This document shows, one piece after another, positions 54,184 through 64,000 of a stretch of 64,000 nucleotides of DNA; positions within the stretch are counted from its first letter, which is position 1; each line of letters starts with the position of its first letter. The notes under the pieces were generated by a model, which saw only the letters and a list, made by a program, of their open reading frames with translations, did not search any database and was not told the DNA's origin. A program made the position numbers and the translations under genes. The DNA comes from Octopus vulgaris (lineage: Eukaryota), in assembly GCA_951406725.2 (NCBI GenBank), contig OX597816.1, positions 132,432,001-132,496,000 of the forward strand. The letters are read 5' to 3'.

Positions 54184-55079
54184 TACGAGGTATAATCAAT
54201 AAATATCTGGATTGTTGCCATAGTAACGAAGCTAAAGCGCGCAGAGTGAAGACACATGGCGCAGACTGACCTTGAACTCTGCTGTGTATGCTCACTAAGT
54301 TTTAACGTTCTAACTCACTTCCGATGTTTACAGCAGTGCTTGGAAGGAAGGTGTGCAGCGTGTGATAGTCGCGTTGACCATGACAGAGAAAGTTGTCATG
54401 GTGATACCTGCTCAGAGGCCTTCACAAAATTGCAGAAAGTGTATGGAGAGGAGTGTATGAGCCGCATACAAGTGTACGAGTGGTTCAGACGTTTCCAAGA
54501 TTGCCAAAAAATGTCGCTATTGACGAACGTTCTGGGAGACCCGCAACCAGCAGAACTGAGAAAAACATTGCAGATATGCGTGTAGCTGTGAGGGAAAATC
54601 GTCGAATCATCATCCGTAAGTCATCGGAGAATGTGCAGATTAGATACAGTTCAGTTCAGTCCATTATCACTGAAGATTTAAGTATGAGACGCGTGTATGC
54701 CAAGTTTGTGTCAAAACTGCTTTCAGCTGACCAAAAAGGCACTCGGGTTTCAGTTGTACATCTCCTTGATTGTGTCGAGAACGATGAAAATTTTTTGAAA
54801 ACTTTGCGTAGGCCTCTGATCAGGTATTGCCAAGCTTTTGGCAAAATTTGATGCAGACTCCCTGCTCAACTTTCTCTGTTATCTTCAATGCGACGATCAT
54901 ACGCTACACACCTTCCTTCCAAGCACTGCTGTAAACATCGGAAGTGAGCTAGAACGTTAAAACTTAGTGCGCATGCACAGCAGAATTCAAGGTCAATCTG
55001 TGCCAGGTAGCTTCAATCTGCAGGCTTTAGCTTCGTTACTATGGCTACAGTCCGTATACTTATTAATCAGACCACGTAT
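54184..55079 (+). mobile_element. Mariner deletion derivative with ~210-bp inverted arms and an HTH transposase fragment
   Basis: TA-flanked ends tacgagg.../...ccacgta. Peptides LQKVYGEECMSRIQVYEWFRRF, DERSGRP and RRVYAKFVSKLLS. Confidence 0.9.
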
Positions 55080-55146
55080 AACAGTTAGCTGAAGTACACT
55101 GATTTGTAATTGAATAAACATCGGTCTTTGTTTTTCTGGTTCACAG

Positions 55147-55453
55147 AAGAAGGATTTGTGTTTGGTGATGTGGCATTGATACGTGACTGTACACGAACGG
55201 CGTCAGTATTGGCAGATGAAGAATGCGATCTTCTTGTTCTGAATCGACTCCTTTATAACCGTACTGTACGAGAAGTACTCAATTTAGAATGGCAAGAAAA
55301 AACACAATTTGTCTTAAGAAATCCTATTTTCAAAGAATGGTCACCCAAACATCGTAAACAACTGGTTATCTCTCTACGGAAGGAATCATATCAGTTTGGA
55401 GCAGTTATTGCCAGACAGGGGCAACCCGTTCAAAACATATATTTCATATTAAA
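55147..55453 (+). CDS. Coding exon 4 (phosphate-binding cassette of domain A and start of domain B)
   Basis: Acceptor ttcacAG. Reads (Q)EGFVFGDVALIRDCTRTASVLADEECDLLVLNR...VIARQGQPVQNIYFIL+AA. Donor GTAAGT at 55454, phase 1 to 2. Confidence 0.95.
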
Positions 55454-57245
55454 GTAAGTACTTTATAGCTTATGTTGTTTAGCAATTATTTTTCTGTAGT
55501 TTAATAGGCATACAATGGCCGACTGAACTAATTACTGGGTCACGACTTCGTATCAGGAATGTTTTATATTTAACTGACTTATTCTCAAGTCACTGCAACT
55601 GGTTGAGTTGTTCTTCTGACAAGGCAATTAACTGGGATACGTCAACTGACCCAGTAAGCAATCCATATGGAAAGGATAGCATTATTTCCAGTATGAGTGT
55701 GTTTCTTCCCCGTTTGAATATAAAGGTGCGTGTCTTAGTGGTTAAGGTGTTGCACTCACGACCGCAAGATCGTATATTCGAACCCCGGAGGTACGTTGTG
55801 TGTGGTCTTGTGCAAAACATTTCATTTCACGTTGCTTTGCGATCACTGACAGATCTGACGTGCCACACGGTGTATCTATACAAGCAATGTCGATTTGATG
55901 GGAAGGGATTGAGCTAGTGTACAGCACAAACATTTTGTCACTATAAACTAGTCGTCTGTGTCGGTTTTTCAGCAAAGAAATTGCGTAATCGTCTTTCTCA
56001 GACTCAACAGACTACCTATTAACCAGATACATATGATTTCAGCAGCAGTAGTAGATGTTGTTGTTGTTGAGGATTTTGTGAAGTTGGAAAGGAGCGTCCA
56101 TGACACTTCTTCAGAGCCTCCGAGAAATGTGGAAGGAAAAGGAAGAGAATATCAAGACAGGAGACCTAACTTGAATGCTTGCAACCGAGTAGACTCCGCT
56201 AAAGGCATCTAAACACGGATCTCCTGGTGTTAAGTGGTGTTGAAGCAAGCGATAGATTAGCACCACCACTCTAAGACTATAACCCTGATCGAGCAAATCC
56301 ATAATGGAAGGTGACCATCCAGTTCTTTTTTCAGACATGGTATATCTAACACAGAAGCCCCAACCACAGGCCCACACAGAAATAATACTTTTTATTTCTA
56401 TTTTATTGATTATTGCAGTCTGCTGGGTGCCTATGCATTATATATGCACTATGCTGTATATATAATAATTATTATACATAATAATGTATTATATATATAA
56501 TGTATTATATATGTAATAATCAAATAATGTAATGGAATCTCCCGTCGAAGAGAATGCATCAGTGTTCAGTTTTTGCTGGACAACGTGCACAAATGATTTG
56601 TTTTAGTGATCAAAAGCATACGCTCACTCCGTATATTATGCACTCTATTGAATTTTGTCATACGTATGATCCCCTGGTCCGCAAAAAATAAAAAAAAACA
56701 GTATTGCATGAAACCTGTTCGTGATGCATAAAAAAGTTGAGAACCGCTGATCTAAAACAAGATAATGTGATGTACCATTTTGATGACGGTATAATGTGAT
56801 TTGAGATTGATTTGGCTTCAATTCTTAGCAGGTCGACGTTTGCGCGTCTACGTTTTCGTGTATACTCTGTTTATCTCTGTAGAGATAGACTATATATACA
56901 GACTATATAGACTCGTTACATATACCTAATATGTAGACGTAACTCTAACTCTCGGCCTCGCCGAAATTTCAATTTTGAGACTGTTTCCCTGGCTAAGATT
57001 CGAAGATTTGCACCAAACAATGGCTTTAACCTCAGGGCTCAAGCAGTAACTTAATATAAGTGGAACTAGGTGCACGCAATTGAACAGCATTAAATTAAAA
57101 TAGCCATATCATACTTAATGTATATACATCATTGACAGGTATGATGCTGTGGGGTTTATATGAAAGAAGATCTCTTTATAAATTGGGTGTGTTAAAAATA
57201 CAATATATATCGGAAATAGACAAACATCATCCCAGCAGTGATTCA

Positions 57246-57298
57246 CAGGAATGCCAGACGCGTTTCGCCCTTCTTGGGACTATCAATGACGTATCCTG
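57246..57298 (-). ncRNA. Degenerate minimal type I hammerhead motif
   Basis: The minus strand reads caggatacgtca TTGAT-A gtcc caagaa gggc GAAAC gc GTC tggcattcctg. Stems I, II and III pair, but the CUGAUGA box has a substitution and a deletion. Confidence 0.7.
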
Positions 57299-57923
57299 CT
57301 GTTACATGCCTAGACGAAACCTGTCATCTCTGATACATAGCGAACAGTGATTAATGCATTAACTGACGCATTTTGCTCTTTCTTAATTTAGGGATCGATA
57401 AATAAAATACCAATCTTGAATGGGATTGATTCTTCTCTTTCTCTAATTCTTTCTTTCGGAGAGTCTGTCTCTTTCTCTTCTTCTGGAAGAAGTCGATTGT
57501 GATTAGATCATGAGGGGGACAAACTCCACTAATTCTAAAATACCTAAGCCATGCCGTACGTTTCGACGACGCCCCTACGACTTCATGGAATTAAGTGCCA
57601 GTGACATAGCATGGCATAGTAGAAAATGCATTTGTCTTAAATACCGTGCAGTGAGAGCAAATCCGACGGCTGGAAACAGCAGCCAAATATCCTTCAAATC
57701 ACAAATTATCATCTTTAAAAATGGGAGAGAATGAAAGACACGTTAAACAATGTAATCCTAGATATATTTAACACGAAGAAATTAAAATGTAAAGGCGAGA
57801 TGGTTACGATTAGGATTCTGTTGATTGATTTTATCAATAATAAAGGCTGATTTCAGGCTTAAACTAAGACGCAAGCAAACAAACAGAAAATATCATAATT
57901 TATTTATCTAACTTTATTTTCAG

Positions 57924-58022
57924 AGGCGAAGTGGAAGTTTCAATGGATTTATCGCTTCATAAATCTCAACAACCGGAGTTATGGACAGAAATAGAATCGA
58001 ATTTTGCCGAACTAATATCAAC
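57924..58022 (+). CDS. Coding exon 5 (CNB domain B)
   Basis: Acceptor tttattttcAG. Reads (K)GEVEVSMDLSLHKSQQPELWTEIESNFAELIS+AC and completes the YFILKGEVEV motif. Donor GTAAGA at 58023. Confidence 0.92.
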
Positions 58023-58540
58023 GTAAGATATAAGTGAAGAAATAATTGCGGGATAAATTGACAATCTGATAAGGAGTGACTTAAATCTGTTTACTTGTCT
58101 GCAACTTGTTCTTATCTCACTGCTTCGGTCTCGTTATCTATCGCCTACTTTAAAGCAAGTCTACACAGGCATCCCTTAAGTCTGCTTTCAAAGTTAATGA
58201 TAAATGAATGGTCAGGCATACACAATTCACCACAAGCTAAACACAAGCAGATATACACACATACGTATGTGCGTACGTACGTACATACATGCATGCATAC
58301 ATAAATACATACATACATATAGTTAACTATATGTACATCTGATATTCATACAGATCATACAGATACCCGCGCCCACACATTCTCCCTCATATGCACACGC
58401 ACACACACACAACTATATAAATCCACACATCTACACACCACATTCATGTATATATGAGTGTGTGTGTATGTAAATAGGTATGCACATAATACATGCACAT
58501 ATATTTATTCATATAAACATGTGTACACACACACACACAC

Positions 58541-58630
<90 letters not shown>

Positions 58631-58935
58631 TTAAGTATTTATACGTACACGCGTTGTTTAATGTCAAATGAGTAAGAAAGGAGTGCTCAATACTTGTTTT
58701 AGAGCATAATGTTTTGCCTGAAGATCGCAGTGCATGAAACTCAGATCATGAGCCAAACACCCAGCTTCGGTTTTAATAAAAAGTCGTGACTGTGTAGTAA
58801 GAAGCTTGGTTCTTACATGGTTCCGGGTTCAGTCCCACTGCGCGGTACCTTGTGCAAGTGTCTTCTACTATAGCCTTGGGCTGACCAAACCCTTGTGAGT
58901 GGATTTGGTAGACGGAAATTGAAAGAAACCCGTCT

Positions 58936-58966
<31 letters not shown>

Positions 58967-59070
58967 AACAGTTTGTGAAGTAGATTTCGACGTTAGTAAA
59001 ATCGTGTGTGCGTGTGTGCGTGTGTGCGCACATATGTGTATGTACGTGTGTGCGCGCGCGAGTGTGTGTA

Positions 59071-59830
59071 TACAGCGGTTGCACAAAATGGAAACACCTT
59101 GCTAAATAGAAGATTTATTATTTACTATGGAGTTGGGTCACCTACAGCATCGACCACAGTTTTTGATATGTCGAGGAATTGACTCGAAGAGGTTCTGAAG
59201 TATTGTTGGGTGAATGTTGAGCCTTTCTTTAACTAAAATCTGTTTTAGATCTTTCTGCGACGATAGCGGAAGGGAGCGTCTCTTCACTTGCTGCTCCAAA
59301 ATGCACCATACATGTTTGATTATATTGAGATCCAGTGATTGTGAAGACCAACCTAAGTGGTCTACTTCACTTTTTATATTTTTCATACCAGTTTTAAATA
59401 ACATTAGTCATGCGACTTGGAGCAGTATTGTTCAGGAAGATTGCGCTATAATCAGGGAACAGCGTTTGTACTATAGGATGGACATAATCATCCAAAATAT
59501 TATGATAATACTTGGCGTTAACTGTGCCATGTAGAATAAATAAAGAGGTAAGAGAATTCCGTGATATAGCTGGCCAAATCATCACAGAGCCACCACCATG
59601 CTTCACGGTAAGAGCCAAACAGTCAGGATGTCTCCAGACATAAAGTTGCTCTAAAATGAGAAAAAAGGTGGATGACATTCATCAGTGATGACATTGTTGC
59701 ATAGAGTCACTGATTACTTCCGATAGTCTAGACACTATTTTTTTGCTCTTTAACGATGTTGATGGGGGACAGCAGAGATTTAACAGTTGCAACCCCTCAT
59801 GGTATCTAGTTTCAAGGACTCTCGATGACC
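59071..59830 (-). mobile_element. Degenerate Tc1-like transposon
   Basis: TIR tacagcggttgcacaaaatggaaacacc. Peptides TVKHGGGSVMIW and WSSQSLDLNIIKHVW. Confidence 0.85.
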
Positions 59831-60686
59831 GGTAGTAGTTTCACTTGAGGTGGGAAATATCAGAGCGTGAAATTATTAAAAATAAAATCATGGAAGTGGT
59901 ATAGACTTAGGAAGTGGAATAGACTCAGAGGAATATGGTGTGTGTGTGTGTATGTGTGCGAGGGAATGTGCGTGCGTGTGTGCACGCGCGCGTAGTAATG
60001 GATGGATTTTCGGTAACTGTAGTTAATATATAGGCAGTAGTAGATGCACGTAGCTTAATAATTAGGTTGTTGCACTCATGTTCGTAAGATTGTGGTTTCG
60101 ATTCCTGGACCGGGCAATGTGCTATGTTTTTGATCAAAACTCTTCATTTCACATTGCTCCAGTCCACTCTGCTGACAAAAGGGCGTGATCCTGCGACGAA
60201 CTGGTGTCCCGTCCAGGTGGAGAAGATATACACCTCAGTATCTGGGAAACTGGCCTTATGAGCTTATGGCTCGGGAAGGACCTTTGATCCTTTCTATTTT
60301 TTCTTGAGCTTTGATGCAGGTAGTGTTTTATATTAGCTTGTATGGGTGTATGTAGGAGTGTGGTGGCGGATTGAAGATATATGAAGTTGTTAAAACAAAA
60401 GTCAGTCGAATAAAAGCCGAGTGTTAGTTTTTCAAGTGGTTCCTATTCTGTCAGTTTGCGTGATGATTAAAATTGTGAGTTTAACTGAATTAATGAAAGA
60501 GTGTGAAATATATTGTTATGAGTTGGTAGTGTGTACTATTAATAGATTTCTAAACTATTTTTATTTGCTACTTATATTTTTCCTCTTCAATATTTATAAA
60601 CTCAGTATGACGTCATTTCAACATATGGCGTTCTTTTTATAAAATAGTGTTCAAGGTTGCTTTACCATAAGGTTCGGTAGCACCGT

Positions 60687-60759
<73 letters not shown>

Positions 60760-60967
60760 ACAAACATGCTCACATGTTTGTATGGATGTATGTGATTGTA
60801 TGTGTGTGTGCGTGCGTGCGTGCGTTTCCTGGTTTTATTTTTTTTATTCCTTAGCAATGGAGAAAAACTGTTTCTAGCCTAGAAACAGAATTTTTTCATT
60901 GAATTTAGATATCAACTGATTAGTCACATATGTTGCGTGAATATAAGTATGTAAGTACATATACATA

Positions 60968-61132
60968 AACGGCCGGTTCAAGGTACCGGCAATCGAGCAG
61001 TCGCCCGGGGCACCATGTGCTAGGTGGCGCCAAGGAGGGTGTGACAAAGACAAAGACATTTCCAAGACCGTCAGCCTGTACACTCCGAAGTACAGCTTTC
61101 CCGGAGCGCCAGCAACCCTAGGTCTGGCCGTG
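60968..61132 (-). mobile_element. GC-rich hAT-type MITE
   Basis: Reverse-complement homologue of 63151-63310. Confidence 0.7.
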
Positions 61133-62199
61133 CATATATACATACAAAGATACACATATCTGTATGCACGTATGTATGTATGTATGTATGTATGTATGTA
61201 TGTATGTATGTATGTATGTATGTATGTATGTATGTATGTATGTATTTATGTATGTATGTCTTTGTCTTTTTAATTTCGAGTAAATTTTGACCGGTCACCT
61301 ACTTGGTAGTAACGTTGTGAAAGAAAGTATCTTGTTTTAACCATCGTCCTTTAAATCTTAAGAAGGTCTTTGCAGATTTTTATAGTGCCAGATATCGTGA
61401 TCATCTGTAGTATATAAATTAAGGATCTGATTCGCTACTCCAAATTCCAAGTCCAGTCATACTTTGCCCTAGATGGGTTGCTATGTATCCCGTTGTCCCA
61501 ATAATAAAAGGTATGAAGATGAAAGTGTATCTTGGGTATTGGATTGGCAAACTCCGCAATGGTCCATAGATATTTTCTTTCTCATGTATTTTTCTAACCA
61601 CATTCGCGTCCAGACATGTATGTATGTATGTATGTATGTATGTATGTATGTATGTATGTATGTATGTATGTATGTATGCATGTATGCATGTATGTATGTA
61701 TGTATGTATGTATGTATGTATGCATGCATGCATGCATGTATGTATGTATGAATGCATGCATGCATGATGCATGTATGTATGCATGTATGTGAGCGTGTTT
61801 TAAGTGTATACATGAGTACATCGATTTATGTACTTACGCATATATGTAAGTGGTTGTATGTATGACTAGATCTATGGATTTAAGTATGAATACATAAATG
61901 GATGTTATTGCAGCAGAAGAAACAGAGAGGGGAGATAGTATGTTCATGAGCAAGAAGTTTTATGCATTACTGTGTGATATTTTGCCTATCAGTATTATTG
62001 CTTTGTCTTGGATATCATCTGATTTGTTTGCTTATGTAGCAGTAGTATCACCCCAGATAAGTAGGCAATTCTCCAATAAAGATCATCGACATAGATGCAG
62101 AGGAGGTCACTGACATACGAACAGCATTCCAATGGGGCCACGGATATGAGAGGAGTACCGCAGTGGAAGTCATAGATATGAAAGTGAGACTCCTATAGT

Positions 62200-62490
62200 G
62201 AAGGCGCATTGTCTAGTTGTTAGGGTGTTACATTCACGATTGTGAGATAGTGGGTTCGATTCCTGGACCGCGCGGTGCATTGTGCTTTTGAGCAAAGCAC
62301 CTCATTTCCCGTTGCTCTACGACCACTTCGACATCTGACGTATGGCAAACCTGCACCTTCACAGGTAATGTTGATTTGATACGAGGCAGTGAATAAATGT
62401 ACAGCACAAACATTTTATCACTACAAACATTATCTGTGCAGGTTGTTCAGCAAGAAATTACAAAACCCACATCTGTGTCTACGACAGTCA
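62200..62490 (+). mobile_element. tRNA-derived SINE (family A head, variant tail)
   Basis: Box B gggttcgattcc. Similar copies lie at 55723-56000 and 60040-60290, and at 23490-23825(-). Confidence 0.7.
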
Positions 62491-63150
62491 TCACAAATAT
62501 CTAGAAGTGAATATTGTTAGAAATGACACTGAGTAGATCGTTAATGTACAGAAGAAAGTGTGTGGGCAACACAATTGATCCTTTCAGGAACACCAAAGTG
62601 GAAAAAGAACAAGTGATCAGCGCACACTCCAATGGTTCAGTCTAATAGTAAACTTCTGGCCCTTCGACTTCAATTTAACAAATATATTCTTATAACAGAT
62701 GCATTCAAATGCATTGCTGTTATCAAGAACAATGGCATTTGTTTTCGCCGAAATTTCCAAGGCAGACGGTCTCCTCGTGAGTTGCATATTAGAGAACTTC
62801 CTAGTATTTATGGTTCTTCAAAAACCTATAAAGTAGGACACTATAAATTTATCATAGATAATCTACGTTATATGAGTACCGATTCCAATTTTATTTTCTT
62901 TCAGATCAACTGTATAGTTGTTTATATTTTCATCAGGAGTATTGTAAAAGTTGTATTTTTGGTTATGATGTTTAGTGTTACTGCGATTGGCCACCAGGGT
63001 GGTGCACAACCGCTATGGTTTTGTCGTCGTCCATTCATTACAAATAGCTGGTAGACGGATGAAAGTTTAACATTCCTCTCATGTTTCTAGGAGAATTTTC
63101 ATTTAGATAATATTTCTTAAATGTAACATGGTCATTGAATAATGTAAAAC

Positions 63151-63310
63151 CAGGACCGGCCCTCGGGTTGCTAGCGCCCCGGACAAGCTGAACTTCGGCG
63201 TGTACAAGCTGACGCTCGTGGAAATTTCCTTGTCTTTGGCGCCTTGGCGCCCCCTCACTCATGACACCTCGGGCGACTGCCCGAATTGTCGATACCATGA
63301 GCCGGCCCTG
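63151..63310 (+). mobile_element. GC-rich hAT-type MITE with 8-bp TSD
   Basis: CAGGACCGGC...GCCGGCCCTG, flanked by TGTAAAAC and TGTAAGAC. Confidence 0.8.
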
Positions 63311-64000
63311 TGTAAGACATATATCAGGCGTAGGTAATGCAAGGAGGTAATGCAAGGTTAAATGAGATGATACGACATCTCCTCATAACTGTCGACGTAC
63401 CGTAAGCAATTTTTCATATGTTTGCGCTAACACACTGATATTCTGGCTTGTTTTCAACATTCTGTTATTAATAATACTTATTGTACCTAGCGGACTTAAG
63501 CTTATCCTGCACCTTAGCATACAACATTCGGCAAGCCCGGGTTCCTCGCATGTCTAACGGACCAATTCTCATCTATGTTGTGATTTGATACTATAGGCCC
63601 CAGTCAGTGGCGGCTCGTATATAGGCACTGAGGAACTACAGCACCCTTTATTTCCACTCGATATTATCGATAACATTCAATATAATGAGTCCTTTTATCG
63701 TTAATTCTTTCTTTATACTTGTACTCTATATAATCCTTAAGCTTAATGTCAGTAGCCATCCCCTAGTTTATGAAAAAAATACGAAAATCATTGTATAGAG
63801 CTGTGCGCCTCACAGTTCCTGCGACGCGGTGTTTGGCTGTTGTACGCATGCTCACATGTCCGAAATAGGAAGCTTCACGCTAGGGAGAAAGATCACTGTG
63901 GTTCACGCAGTGCTGACCCAGGTTTGCTGGTGAAAGGTAGTGCTTCTTTTTGACTCCACGTATGTTGTGCTTAAAAACGTGTTTATATTCTTGAATATAA

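Noticed and set aside
62699-62776. Candidate exon 6 (ataacAG...ctc/GTGAGT, open in phase 2 to 2; alternative 62766-62832)
   Set aside because: Splice signals and phase fit, but the peptide shows no recognisable cNMP-domain motif. It needs transcript evidence.

Overview
This is AT-rich, microsatellite-dense animal DNA. The SINE and simple-repeat content suggests an octopod cephalopod, but that assignment is an inference. One real gene can be reconstructed on the + strand from five GT-AG, phase-compatible exons (9084-9216, 28092-28179, 46302-46441, 55147-55453, 57924-58022). They encode the first 255 aa of a CNBD2-like protein with tandem cyclic-nucleotide-binding domains, and the gene's 3' end was not identified. 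Most other long ORFs in the track are microsatellite artefacts or transposon debris: two Penelope-like elements, Tx1/L1-like LINE ends, mariner, Tc1 and hAT remnants, solo LTRs, MITEs and three tRNA-derived SINE families. The most striking unexplained signal is a series of hammerhead-ribozyme motifs. One is fully canonical (41306-41369) and lies on the sense strand of intron 2. The others are degenerate. Several sit in non-coding fold-back elements, mostly next to (TA)n or similar microsatellites, and in two elements the inversion point lies within or right beside the ribozyme motif. Introns also contain many long hairpins, two of them right next to coding exons. All structures were read by eye; nothing was folded, aligned or searched computationally.
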